Shown here in pieces: positions 48,806 through 61,068 of a stretch of DNA of 64,000 nt; position 1 is the stretch's first letter; the number at the start of each line of letters is the position of its first letter. Source of the DNA: Candidatus Poribacteria bacterium. GTDB taxonomy: Bacteria; Poribacteria; WGA-4E; WGA-3G. The stretch covers positions 640,001 to 704,000 of the forward strand of contig CAXXUA010000004.1 in NCBI GenBank assembly GCA_963663765.2, given 5' to 3'. The notes under the pieces are model-generated. The model saw only the letters and a program-made list of their open reading frames with translations, made no database searches and had not been told where the DNA came from. The position numbers and the translations under genes are program-made.

Positions 48806-51800
48806 ATGTCAGAAGCCACACAAGAATATCTCTTTAGTCCAACCGAAGACACCAATCCTGGATTCAAAGCCACACTGGAATACATCCGCGAAGTTGCCAA
48901 AACCCAACATAGAAAGGGAGAACTATTTGAGCGATTGATGCTGAAATATTTCAGTGAAGACCCTGACTATAAAGAGCAGTTTTCTGATGTATGGCTATGG
49001 AAACAGTGGGCACAACTCCGAACAGAATTTGACGGTCGTGATATAGGCATAGACCTTGTTGCCAAAAAACATGATGGTGGAATTTGTGCCATTCAATGTA
49101 AATGTTATGCTCCTGAAACTCGGATTTCAAGGAATGATATTCAATCATTCCTCGCCACTGCCTCCCTTCCTCCTTTCGCTGACAACACAAGAATTCTTGT
49201 CAATACAGGCGGCGAATTAGGAGAGAACGTGCTCAGAAATATAGAGCCATTAGGAAACAAGTTTCGTATAATTCGCTTCAATGAACTTGAAAGCAGTCCA
49301 TTTGACTGGCCCGATCTCAGCATACAAGAACCCGAAGCACTTACATATAAGCAAAGAAAGTTTGCTCTGGAAGACCATCAAAGAGAAGCGTTTGATGATG
49401 TTATCAACGGCTTTAACAAACATGACCGCGGCAAACTTATTATGGCGTGTGGTACAGGTAAAACTTTCACAGCACTCCGTATTGCTGAAGAAATCGCAGG
49501 AATTGAGGGAAGAGTGTTATATCTCGTGCCATCTATCGGTTTACTTTCACAAGCAATGCGTGAATGGTCAGATCAACGCGGAATAGATCATAGTTACATC
49601 GGTATCTGCTCCGACAGAAGCGCAGGAGATAAAACCGAAGATGCATCTATTCAGGAACTCAAAATTCCTGTCACAACAGATCCATTAGCAATCACACAAG
49701 CATTACAGAAAACTGACACAAATAAAATGACAGTAGTTTTCTGCACCTATCAATCGCTTCCGAAAATTGAGGAAGCACAGAATTCAGGGTGCCCCTCAAT
49801 TTGATATAATCCTCTGCGATGAAGCACACAGAACCACCGGCATAGACAAACCCGGAGATAAAACATCGCCATTTATCCTTGTCCACGATGCAGAACGAAT
49901 ACGTGCTAACAAACGCCTCTATATGACAGCTACTCCCAAACTTTATACCGAAAGTGCAAGGACAAAAGCAGCTGAATATAATGTTGACGTGTTCTCTATG
50001 GACGATGAAGAGAAATACGGACCCCAATTTCATAGGCTTCCCTTCTCAAAAGCCGTTGAAATCGGTCAACTTTCCGACTATAAAGTAGCAATATTTAGCA
50101 TATCTGAATTTGAAGTCAATTCGGCACTGTCAGGTGATACCGGTAAGTATGGTAGCGAAATAAATATAAACGATGCAACGCGTATCATCGGTTGTTGGCG
50201 TGCATTACAAAATCCTGAAGATAAGGAAAAAGATGACGAAACACGCAAACCCTTAAGACGCGTAATCGCATTCACAAACAGAATTGACGAGTCAAAGGCT
50301 TTGGCACACTATTGGAATGATATTATTGAAGATGCAATTATAAAACTACCGGAAGATGAAATACCTAACGATTTTGCATGCGAAACGAAACACGTTGACG
50401 GAACAGTCCACGCACTGAATCGAAAGGCACGTATTGATTGGCTCAAAGGTGATACTGATGGTGTTTGTCGTATTCTCTCCAACGCAAGATGTCTCTCCGA
50501 AGGTATTGATGTTCCCGCACTTGACGCTGTTATCTTCTATAAACCCCGAAAATCCCATATTGATGTCGTCCAAGCAGTCGGTCGTGTCATGCGTAAAGCA
50601 CCCGGCAAACAGTTCGGTTATGTCATATTGCCCGTCGCAATTCCTGAGAATAGAGACCCTGCCGCAGCATTAGATGACAATGAAAGGTTCTCAAATGTCT
50701 GGAGCGTCCTAAACGCACTTCGTTCACACGATGATAGACTTGACGCTAAAATTAACAGTATTGACCTTAATCAAGAACTCCCTGATCAGATTGTCATTGG
50801 TGGCAAGGGTAGCGGAAATGGTGACCATACTCAGATTACCGAACAACTCCCCCTTTTACCGATTGAAATTCCCATAGAGGCAATTATCTCAAAAATTGTT
50901 CAGAAATGCGGTGATAAACCATATTGGGAGAACTGGGCAAAAGATGTTGCTAAGATCTTTGATATACTTGTTGACCGCATCAATAATCTATTGGAAAATA
51001 CCGAAAACACCGCGTTAATCAAGAAGTTTGAAAACTTTTACACCGAGTTGCAAGAAACAATTAACGACTCTATAACACGGACTAACGCTATTGATATGAT
51101 GGCACAACACATCTTGACACGCCCTGTATTTGACGCACTCTTTGAGAATTATGACTTCTCATCTGGTAATCCAGTCGCAATTGCCCTGAATAGTCTACAA
51201 ATGGATTTTGCTGAATTCGGGCTTGAAAGTGAAACTCGCGATTTGAAAGGTTTCTATGAAAGCGTTCAGAAACGTGCTAGTGGGATCAAGAAAACCGAAG
51301 GAAAGCAAAGTGTGCTATCGGATTTATACGAGCAGTTTTTCAAAAAAGCACTAAAAAAAGAAGCAGACCGACTCGGCATTGCGTACACACCAATTGAACT
51401 TGTTGACTTCATTCTACATAGTGTCAACGATGTATTGCAGGAGGAATTTGGGAAAAGCCTCAGCGATGAAGGTGTTCATATCCTTGATCCATTCACCGGA
51501 ACCGGAACGTTTCTTGTGCAACTTCTCCAGTCCGGACTCATCAAACCTGAAGACCTTGAACGGAAATACCACGAAGAACTCCACGCGAACGAAATCCTCT
51601 TACTTGCCTACTACATCGCATCTGTCAATATTGAGGAAACATACCGCGTTCAGCGCGGGGAAGATACCAATTACGAACCATTTGACGGCATTATCCTGAC
51701 AGATACCTTCAATCTGAATAGATACAAAGAAGAAAAACTACAACAAGATACCCTCCTTCCTCAAGAACAACGAATGGTAGAAAACAATGAACGGGTAGAA

Positions 51801-53621
51801 CGTCAACAAAACCTTCCAATTGAGGTTATCATTGGCAATCCACCTTGGTCAGCATGGCAAAAGAGTTCTGCAGACGACAACCCTAACGTACCATATCCTG
51901 TACTTGAAAATCGTATCAGCAAAACCTACGCTGCACGCTCGACAGCAACGTTGAAAAATAGTCTATACGACACATACAAAATGGCAATCCGGTGGGCAAC
52001 TGACAAACTTCAAGAACGAGAACAGGGGATCGTTGCCTTTGTCACCCCTGCTTCTTGGATAGATGGAAATGTTGATGCGGGAATTCGTGCTTGTCTACCG
52101 GAGGAGTTTAGTGTAATTTATGTCCTGAACTTATTAGGGAATGCCAGAATATACGGAGAGCAAGGAAAATACCAAGGAGAAGGTGTGTTTGGGAATGCTA
52201 CACAATCACCTGTTGCTATCACACTTCTTGTTAAGAACCAAAATACTGGAGATGACGACTGTCGTATTCACTACCGAGATATAGGTGGCAACCTCAAGCG
52301 TACAAAGAAACTGGAGATGCTGAAAGAGGTAATTTCAATATCAGGAATCAATGATTGGAAAATAATCACACCAAATTCATATCATGATTGGATTGGACAA
52401 CGTAGTGATGCATTTACCCGATTTTATCCAATTGGATCGGAGGAAGCAAGGACGCGCAGGTCAGATCATACCATCTTTCGTTTATACAGTAACGGATATA
52501 AAACCGGAAGAGACGCACACATCTACAATTTCTTACGCGATTCCTGTGCCGAGAACGCGCAGCTAATGGTACAAGACTATCTAGATACGCTTTCAGAATT
52601 TGAAACGAATCCTGGACGTTCAGTAAATGAGATAACAAGCCAACACAACTTAAATATTAAGTGGGATGGAGATCTTAAGAATAAACTGCGGCGAAAGAAA
52701 AAACCAGAATTTAAAGAGGACTATATCCGAAAAGTTTCGTACCGACCATTTGTTGCCACGAATTGTTATGCTGACCATTTTTTCGCACAAAGAAGAGGCA
52801 AGATGCATCAAATCTTTCCCAACAGTTTAAGTGAAAACCGCGTAATATGTGTCCCAAACAAAGGTTCTAAAAATCCGTTTTCCGCTCTGATGACTGATAC
52901 GATGCCAGATATGCACTTTATTGAGGCAGCACAATGTTTTCCGCGGTGGACACATTCGGTAACTGGACACACTTCTCAGCTATCAAGCGGAGGCGAAATG
53001 CGTTTTGACAACATTTCAGATACAGCACTTCGCGCCTTCCAACAACAATATCCCGACGACTCCATCACAAAAGACGACATATTTGACTATGTTTACGGTA
53101 TCTTGCACGCCTCCAGTTATCGAGAACAGTTCGCCAATGATTTATCGAAAATGTTACCACATATCCCGTATGCGCCAGACTTCCGCGCCTTCTCAGAAGC
53201 AGGAAAAGACCTTGCACACCTCCACCTCAATTATGAAACCTGCGATCAATATCCAGGACTGAAAGTTGAATCCATCAAAACTCAATTATTTTGGGAAGAA
53301 AAACCGGAACACTTCCTGTTACGGAAACAAGCGATGAAATATAAAGATAAGAATACAAAAGACATCCTTATTATCAACGATCATGTTATGTTAACAGGCA
53401 TCCCTGAAGAAGCACATCGCTATGTCGTCAACGGCAGAACCCCACTGGAGTGGTTTATCAACCGATACAAAATAACAACGGACAAGAACAGCGGCATCGT
53501 TAACGACGCAAACGCATGGTTTGAAAATCCGCGCGACCTCATCACTGCAATAGAACGCATCGTCCATGTCAGCGTCGAATCCGCCCGCATAATTGGCAAC
53601 CTACCTACCAAGATAACTTAA
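48806..53621 (+). CDS. Type ISP restriction-modification enzyme (LlaGI/LlaBIII-like), frameshifted at approx. 49788
   Basis: Mrr-like 'GIDLVA...AIQCK', 'MACGTGKT', 'DEAH', 'QAVGRVMR', MTase 'DPFTGTG' and 'NPPW', C-terminal TRD; one extra G in TCAGGGTGCC splits the ORF. Confidence 0.92.
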
Positions 53622-53736
53622 GGAAACAATTTAGTATTGATAATTAAAAACTGGTAAATAGAGAACCCCTTTGTTATTATGAAGTATACCAAAAACTGGG
53701 ATAATTAGTTGTATCTATTATGATTTGTGCTGATCA

Positions 53737-55254
53737 ATGAATTCTATATTTTTACAAACACTCAGAGACACGCTTGCTAATGCCAGTAAACCCAGTTGCG
53801 TTTATGATACTACTATCGCGATTGTGCGTGCTTATGGACATGCCGGTTTGTCTAAAGTTATTGAGTACTTGAAATCCGAACAAGATACACTTTCCGACTT
53901 GATATACGAGATGGAAAGTGTCGCGACCTTGATTAAAACACTGCGGACAAACGATAGACTTTTTTATTTATCCTATTTCCGAGATGCCCAAATAAATGCG
54001 AAGGTGTTTACCGTGGACGATGCGCGCACGTTGTATGTGCTGGAAAATGCCAGCGATCTGCTGAACGGAGGGACAAAGCGACATGATATACCCTCTCACA
54101 CGATCCTTGATGATGTTAATGAATTTCGTGAGTTGAATCATCTGAAGACTCTGATGCACCAGTCCGGTAAAAGTGGAATAGATAATTTATTGTTGCAATT
54201 GCGAGCAGATAGAGACCATCCACAGACAACTTTAGATTTGAATCAAAGAAGAACACTCTATGTGTTAGAACGTAATTACCAAGACATCACCAGTGAACTC
54301 TTCCCACAGTTTGAGTTTCGAGAACCCGTTGTGGAGAACAATCACGAAACTAACCAAACCGCAAAAGCAATGATGAAACAGATACGCCAATCTGAAAAAC
54401 ACTCCGGTAAGTCGTGGTCAGAAACGGTGGATAATACAAAGTTATACATACCGCAAATGATGCTTTACGGTATGCGACCTTTGAACCAGATATATGGGAC
54501 ACCTCTTGATGAATGGAGATTTGACACGTTTTTCTACGATGAGGAAACTTATGAGAGCTGCAATGTAGAGGATCGTGTGTGGTCGCAAGTTCACTATCTG
54601 TTAAACTCTATGCGCCCACAAGAAGCAATGAAATACCTTGATACTGAAGGCTATCTGGAGATATATACTCCATCTCATTTTAAAAGCCCAGATCACGCTG
54701 CAGCAACACTACTGAGCGATCTAATATGGGCAATGGTGATCAATGAAGAATTTATTTATGACACGGAACGCGAGGTTACCCCTGCCCCGCTACAAGATTA
54801 CACTTGGGTGAAGCCTGTATATGAGACATCACCATCAAACCTACCCCGCTACAATATTTCACATCGTAAACCGCGGCTGCAGTGGAATGAACCATCACAG
54901 AACTTAACAGAGGAAAACCAACTGGCGATGAAACTACTCAGGAAAATACAGGATGAGAACGTGAAAATTGACTACAAGAAACTCTATCTACTACAACTGG
55001 CGGAATACGGCGTGAAGGGCAGCAACGAGGAATTGGATCAACTACGCAAGGCGAACGACGAACTGATGGAGTGGCTGGGGAGAGTCGAGCAGGAACTCTC
55101 GTACCTGTGCAGCCTGCCACCAAAACAAGCGATGGATCGGCTACAAGTATCGGTGGAATTCCACAGAGCAGCTATGCAGAGTAATCCGAATTTGGGTGCA
55201 TACTACCTGATCAAAGGACTGATGCAACAACTGATGGAGCAGACCGAGTGTTAG
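53737..55254 (+). CDS. Hypothetical protein with A-A-B-B internal duplication
   Basis: 'RTLYVLE' occurs twice; 'E.NQ.A...(R)..KLY..Q...YG...V.....YL..S..P..AM..L' occurs twice. Confidence 0.8.
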   Translation: MNSIFLQTLRDTLANASKPSCVYDTTIAIVRAYGHAGLSKVIEYLKSEQDTLSDLIYEMESVATLIKTLRTNDRLFYLSYFRDAQINAKVFTVDDARTLYVLENASDLLNGGTKRHDIPSHTILDDVNEFRELNHLKTLMHQSGKSGIDNLLLQLRADRDHPQTTLDLNQRRTLYVLERNYQDITSELFPQFEFREPVVENNHETNQTAKAMMKQIRQSEKHSGKSWSETVDNTKLYIPQMMLYGMRPLNQIYGTPLDEWRFDTFFYDEETYESCNVEDRVWSQVHYLLNSMRPQEAMKYLDTEGYLEIYTPSHFKSPDHAAATLLSDLIWAMVINEEFIYDTEREVTPAPLQDYTWVKPVYETSPSNLPRYNISHRKPRLQWNEPSQNLTEENQLAMKLLRKIQDENVKIDYKKLYLLQLAEYGVKGSNEELDQLRKANDELMEWLGRVEQELSYLCSLPPKQAMDRLQVSVEFHRAAMQSNPNLGAYYLIKGLMQQLMEQTEC

Positions 55255-55621
55255 TAGTAATACAAGTAACAGATGTCATCAATAGTGATAGTTTCGTTTT
55301 CTCTGATAGGTAATATTTTCTTGACTAAATTCAAAAAATACCTATCCTACTTGTATCTGCTGGATAGGAATGCAATCATTAACTTTCCCTGTTAATGTCC
55401 TATCCACCCATATTGCATTGGAGAAAGCAGGTGCAGTTATTCTGCTGATACAATAATTTAGCCCGGAGTGAAGTGCCATTGATTTTTTAGACCATAATTT
55501 CGTAAAGTTAAGACAAGTGTTCTTTCTCAAATTCAATAGGTGTCAAATAACCATAGTTATATGACGCTATTTCGTCTCATTGAAAGCAAACACAAAAAAT
55601 AAACTGATCGGAGGATCAATC

Positions 55622-56134
55622 ATGAATATCAAACAAAAATTAGGATATATGTTTATCGGGTGTCTATTTACAATCGCAGGATACATCCTCGCATCGCTGG
55701 GTGGAGATACGACACACGCACAACAAAATGAATAGGTGATTGATAAAATCGTTTGTAGAGAGTTGGAAGTTGTTAACACTGCAGGAAAGGTAGTTGCCAG
55801 TATCGCTTCAAGTGATAATGGTGGGATTATGTCAGTCCAGAACACCGCAGGAAAGATCGTTGCTGGCATCGCTGTAACTGAACATGACAGTGGGATTATG
55901 TCAGTCCAGAACACCGCAGGAAAGATCGTTGCCTTTATTAGTGCAACGGATAATGGTGGGGGTATGTCAATCCAAAACACCGCAGGAAAGAATATTGTCG
56001 CTATCAATGCAACGAAAGATGGTGGGGGTATGTCAATCCAAAACACCGCAGGAAAGAATGTTATCCGCTTCGGTGTCACTGAAAAAGGCAACGGGGGTAT
56101 ACAAACCTACAAAGACGGTTGGCGTATCCATTAA
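55622..56134 (+). pseudogene. Exported beta-repeat protein (22-23-aa 'QNTAGK' repeats) with in-frame TAG at 55733
   Basis: GGAGG RBS, signal peptide 'MNIKQKLGYMFIGCLF...HAQQNE*VIDKIVCRELEVV' in frame with the 55736 ORF. Confidence 0.75.
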
Positions 56135-56143
56135 AGGAACAAA

Positions 56144-57076
56144 ATGATGAATAACACAAGCATCGTCCAATCGGACAAAGACACAAGTGCCAACATCACA
56201 CTCAGACAAGAGACTGAAAATCTAATCAGGGCAAGTATCGCGCCGAATACACTGAAAGCATATCGGCATGCTTTGGCGGGGATTCAGACGTACCTTTCGG
56301 ATCATAACTTAGAGATTTCTGATGGTGCTTTAGCTGCTTATATCACAGAGCTATATGGACAAGGACGCGCGCCTTCGTCAATATCTATTGTGGTGGCTGC
56401 GGCGCGTTGGCAACTGCGGAATGAAAGCAAGAATTATGATTTACCGGTCACCACTCGGACATTAGCAGGCATTCGACGCGAAGGAAAAAATCGCGGACGT
56501 GGACAAGTCACTGGACTTGATTGGCAACAAACAGAACGAGTCTGTGCATTCGCTGAATCGGAAAACACGATCGCAGGCTTACGTGATAGTGCGATGATAC
56601 GGCTTATGTCTGATTGTTTGCTTCGCGTTTCTGAAGTGGTCGCGGTAGATGTATCGGATTTTGAAAAGCAAGCTCTGATAGTTCAAACATCCAAGACAGA
56701 TCAAGAGGGTGCGTCAACCGCGCTTTATGTGACAAATGTAACACGGGACATCATAGAAAGGTATAAAACGCGTGCGGGTATCACATCGGATGCATTGTTT
56801 CGTTGGATACGCCGGGGTGATCATATCCAATCGAAAAGATTGACGGATTTCTCTGCGCGGCGGATCATACAGAAACGTGCATCTGATGCCGGTGTCAAAG
56901 GATTTATTGCTGGGCATTCGCTTAGGGTTGGTTCTGCGGTTGCTTTGGCACAAGCGGGTGCTTCCGTTGTGGAGATGCAAATTGCGGGCAGGTGGAAAAG
57001 TTCAGAGATGCCGGCACATTACGCGAAATCGGAACTGGCGGAACGCGGAGCAATCGCGAAGTATAAAGAAAAATAA
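56144..57076 (+). CDS. Tyrosine recombinase, Cre-like
   Basis: SAM-like N-domain 'APNTLKAY'; R ('LLRVSE'), K ('SKTDQ'), 'GHSLRVG', 'GRW', Y ('AHYA'). Confidence 0.93.
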   Translation: MMNNTSIVQSDKDTSANITLRQETENLIRASIAPNTLKAYRHALAGIQTYLSDHNLEISDGALAAYITELYGQGRAPSSISIVVAAARWQLRNESKNYDLPVTTRTLAGIRREGKNRGRGQVTGLDWQQTERVCAFAESENTIAGLRDSAMIRLMSDCLLRVSEVVAVDVSDFEKQALIVQTSKTDQEGASTALYVTNVTRDIIERYKTRAGITSDALFRWIRRGDHIQSKRLTDFSARRIIQKRASDAGVKGFIAGHSLRVGSAVALAQAGASVVEMQIAGRWKSSEMPAHYAKSELAERGAIAKYKEK

Positions 57077-57196
57077 CGATAAGTAATTCAAAACTCTACC
57101 ATAATAAGAACTCTTTTGATATAATGAAACCATTATATTTTCCTCAAAAGGCGTTCTCTTAGATTTTAAGAAAGTCAGACCCGGGAAACTCACAAA

Positions 57197-58282
57197 ATGA
57201 ATGACATTGTAAATGCTCACTATACACTTGGCAAAGCTGCGCTTGAGGATGGACAAGTTGACCAAGCGATCACACATTTTGAAGCGTCTTTGAAACTTGA
57301 CCCTGAGTTTATTGACGCTCACCACGCCCTTGCTCTGTGTTACTTCTCACAGCATAAACTCCGAGAAGCGAAAGACGCTGCACAAGCTGCGCTCAAACTT
57401 GACCCAACCTACGAACCTGCTCTCTCCTTCTTACAAGCCATCGAGCCACAGGAAGCAAGAACAGCCGCTGAAAAGCAGATACCTACCGAAAATACGGAAC
57501 AACCTGTCAGACCTGTTCCGAGTCAACAAACAAAGCCATCTGTTGATGAAACGGAACTTGATACTCACAAAGAGATGGAACGCGGACTGGTTTTCCTCAA
57601 TAATAAACAATACCCGCAGGCAGAAGCTCTGTTCAAAAGGGTGATAAAAACAAACCCACAAGACGCACCAGCGCATTATCACCTTGCACAAACATACTTA
57701 GAAATCGACGCATTGAATGACGCACAAAAAGAAGTTGACACAGCTTTACGGCTGAGCCCCCAGTATCAACCCGCACATCAACTGCGAGACGCAATTTTAT
57801 TCGTCGCCAAGCGGAACAAACAGAAACAGCTTCAGAAGAAACTGAAACGTTACCTGATCCCGTTTGCAATTGTCGTAACCCTCGTCTTTATTGCGTTCAA
57901 TCTCGGTTTTTTCCGCAGTCTATTGCCAGAGAAGTCTCCGCCTGATGTCGCTATTGATGCAATATTAGAGGATCCTGAAAACAAGAACGGGCTTATTGAT
58001 GCGGGGGAACTGGTGCGACTCAAGTTGACGCTTACGAACAGTGGCAGCACTGTGAAAAATGTCAAGGTGCGTCTTTCTCCAAAGTCTATCGGTGGGTTGC
58101 GGTATGATCTCCCCGACAGACAGTTGACGCTCCGTAAAAATGGATTTGAAACGCTGCGTATCCCGATGACTGCGGATCAACAAGCACGCACGCAGAAAAT
58201 AACGATACAAATAGAGGTCTTAGATAAATCGCTTGTTGTGCTTGCAACCACAAGCGTTCACCTGCATATCAAATCAAAATAA
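57197..58282 (+). CDS. TPR protein with TM helix and C-terminal Ig-like domain
   Basis: Two TPR clusters, one TM segment, 'NGLIDAGE.V.L.LTL.NSG' CARDB-like motif. Confidence 0.88.
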   Translation: MNDIVNAHYTLGKAALEDGQVDQAITHFEASLKLDPEFIDAHHALALCYFSQHKLREAKDAAQAALKLDPTYEPALSFLQAIEPQEARTAAEKQIPTENTEQPVRPVPSQQTKPSVDETELDTHKEMERGLVFLNNKQYPQAEALFKRVIKTNPQDAPAHYHLAQTYLEIDALNDAQKEVDTALRLSPQYQPAHQLRDAILFVAKRNKQKQLQKKLKRYLIPFAIVVTLVFIAFNLGFFRSLLPEKSPPDVAIDAILEDPENKNGLIDAGELVRLKLTLTNSGSTVKNVKVRLSPKSIGGLRYDLPDRQLTLRKNGFETLRIPMTADQQARTQKITIQIEVLDKSLVVLATTSVHLHIKSK

Positions 58283-58292
58283 GGAAAATAAT

Positions 58293-60119
58293 ATGGATAG
58301 ACGGCTACTCCAGCGCGCGTTCCAAACAGAATATAGAAAGCGCGGTTTTCTTATTTCTTTTCTCACCCATGTCATCGTGTGCCTCATCTGCAGTTTCTTT
58401 TTCATCAACGCACAGATACAAGAAACTGAAGATGAAATACATGTAGAACTTATAGAGGCACGATCGCGAAAGAATAAAACACTGCCAATACCAAAGAAAG
58501 AACCCGAACCGCCAAAAGAAGAACCACCCAAACAACCTGAAATAATACCTATACAACCTGAAAAAACGACTCTCATCAAGCAAAAGCGAACGATGCAGCA
58601 AAAACAGGGGGAAGTCAAACAAACAGAACATCCCGCCGAAATACCCAAGATGCAAGCCACAAAAACGGAGACAGAACACCTACAACCCAATAGTCTAAGT
58701 GACACCTCAAAAACTGAAGATGTGCCAATCGTATTAGAGACCCCAGATTTGTCTACAGACGCGGATTTGACACCTACGCCCGATTCGGTATTAGCACCCA
58801 TAGGAGGAGAAACCGCGACCGCTGCAGAAAAAAGTGTCGGGAGACGCAAAGGCACTTACGCAAGAACAACAGGCACAAAAAAGGGACTCAGTATCGGTGA
58901 TCCAAGCACAGGAACAGCGAAAACAAACGGTAAAGGAAACACGAACTCTGGAAAGGGGGACACAAAATATGGTGGCACAAACTCTGGAAATGGTGACACA
59001 TTTAGCAGTATCATACAGCAAATCACTGATGATATTATTCAAAGCAGTGCCGGCGCACCTATTGATGTCGTCTTTGTCGTGGACGCTTCTGGCAGTATGC
59101 AAGACAATATAAACGCAGTCGCAGAACATCTCGGACTCATGATTGATGCATATAAAGCGTCTGAGATTGATTACCAACTCGGCTTAACCGACTTCTTTGT
59201 GGATAGAACGGGCAACCAAAAGATTACGGTGTCGCCCCTGACAACAAGCTTACAAAAATATAAACAGATGCTCTACGCAATTATACCCACTGGTGATGAA
59301 AACGCGCTCGATGCAATTCATCAGACCGTGACAGAAATGCAATTCAGACCCAATACTGTCAAACATTTTATCCTCGTCACTGATGAACCTTTCACCAGCA
59401 AGCTTGGGGAAACAGTTGATAGCACAATCAATCTTTGTAGACAAAATGAAATCTATGTGAATGTGCTCGGCTTGAATATGCCACAACACAAACGGCTCGC
59501 AGAAGAAACGGATGGCACATTCCACGCTGTCCCTCAAGACCCGAAATCGCAGATACTCACACAACAACCTAAAACAGTTCAGGACATCGGACAACGTATA
59601 CTCAGAGATGCTGCCAACCTTCCCACAGATATTATACTATTCGTTGATACAAGTAAAAGTATGGAAAGCAAAATGGATTATATCACACAACAGATCAATA
59701 TGTGGAGACGCAGCTGGGATAACGCAATGATTGACTATCGTATCGGCGTCGTCAGATACAGAGCAAAAGGCAGCGTCAATATCGTCAACGTCTACAACCC
59801 ACCCCAAACACAACAACAGATACACAAGATTTTAGAAATCCCCACTCAAAATGATGAGAACTTGTTTCACGCTGTCATTGAAGCCATAAAACGCATAAAA
59901 ACAAGACCCAACGCAAAAACACATTTTATACTCATCACAGATGAACCCGGAAATCCAAAACAAACTATCACCGGCACCATATTGATGCTGAACGAAAAAG
60001 GAATCGTCGTGAGTGTGATCGGAACGATTGACACATTCCAACAACAAGTCGCACAACAAACAGGCGGAATTTGGGTGGAAATGCCAAACGCACACAAAAA
60101 AAACGAAACATATCATTGA
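58293..60119 (+). CDS. Membrane-anchored protein with TonB-like N-terminus and two VWA domains
   Basis: 'SFLTH' anchor, Pro/Lys linker; MIDAS motifs 'DASGSM' and 'DTSKSM'; 'LVTDE' and 'LITDE'. Confidence 0.9.
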   Translation: MDRRLLQRAFQTEYRKRGFLISFLTHVIVCLICSFFFINAQIQETEDEIHVELIEARSRKNKTLPIPKKEPEPPKEEPPKQPEIIPIQPEKTTLIKQKRTMQQKQGEVKQTEHPAEIPKMQATKTETEHLQPNSLSDTSKTEDVPIVLETPDLSTDADLTPTPDSVLAPIGGETATAAEKSVGRRKGTYARTTGTKKGLSIGDPSTGTAKTNGKGNTNSGKGDTKYGGTNSGNGDTFSSIIQQITDDIIQSSAGAPIDVVFVVDASGSMQDNINAVAEHLGLMIDAYKASEIDYQLGLTDFFVDRTGNQKITVSPLTTSLQKYKQMLYAIIPTGDENALDAIHQTVTEMQFRPNTVKHFILVTDEPFTSKLGETVDSTINLCRQNEIYVNVLGLNMPQHKRLAEETDGTFHAVPQDPKSQILTQQPKTVQDIGQRILRDAANLPTDIILFVDTSKSMESKMDYITQQINMWRRSWDNAMIDYRIGVVRYRAKGSVNIVNVYNPPQTQQQIHKILEIPTQNDENLFHAVIEAIKRIKTRPNAKTHFILITDEPGNPKQTITGTILMLNEKGIVVSVIGTIDTFQQQVAQQTGGIWVEMPNAHKKNETYH

Positions 60120-60209
60120 GCAACATATCACCATATTTGACTATACTCAACAAGAAGGAAAACAAATGAACTTTAAGCAAAAGCAGGATACATGTTATTA
60201 CAGCGTATC

Positions 60210-60555
60210 TCATAAATATTTTAGTGACATACGTATGCAAGCAAGAAGTACAAAACCTAAATAATTTTCAGCGTAGTATTCCCAACGAACAACTAAACGC
60301 CGATAATCCTCTAACCAACTGAAAAATCTTTCTACTTTGAAACGACGCTTATACCGTCGTAAACGCCGACCCTCCTGTGTAGCCTGTTTTTTTACGATTC
60401 TTTTTATGAGGTGCTACCATTTCAATACCACGTTCCCTCAAAGAAGCATCTAAAGGATCAGAGGCATAGGCTTAGTCACCAATCAACACTGCGGGGTTTT
60501 CGGATATCCAACATGCGTTCAATGCCGGTTCAACCAGGCGCACCTCATGACAAGA
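60210..60555 (-). pseudogene. IS5 family transposase 3' fragment
   Basis: 'LIGD*AYASD...YKRRFKVERFFSWL..YRRL..RWE' with an in-frame stop. Confidence 0.85.
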
Positions 60556-61068
60556 GACATCTGTAATGAAAACATTCACAGGTCTTACAATACTCAACTT
60601 TATACGCGGTGTTGTGGACATGGAACATTCAGAATTAATTACAAACGAGTTTCGGGCATATAATGTGATCGGTAGACAAATGAAACATGCTGTTATCAAT
60701 CACTAAGAGCAGTCGCGGACGGTGACGTGCATACGAATACGATAGAGAGGTTTTGGAGTTTGCTAAAACGGGCATGGTACGGACAACAACACCATTATCG
60801 GTCAAAATATACGCCTCTATATAGCTGAAGAATGCTACAAGAATAATTATCAAGATATCAATGCATTCGCGAAATTTATAGCAGATTCAATGAAATTTGA
60901 AAGTTAATTGAACTTTTGCGAATTAACGTGATATTATAAAAGAAGTGTGGCATGTTACATACCACACTCAAATACAGCTGTTTGCCATCCGTCACTGTCA
61001 CAGACATACGTTTGGTAAACAACTATATAATCACTTATTTCTTATCAAAAGTCAAGGGAATCAGTTTA

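Noticed and set aside
4842-60264. Numerous short antisense or nested ORFs in the six-frame track
   Set aside because: Shadow ORFs overlapping well-supported genes.
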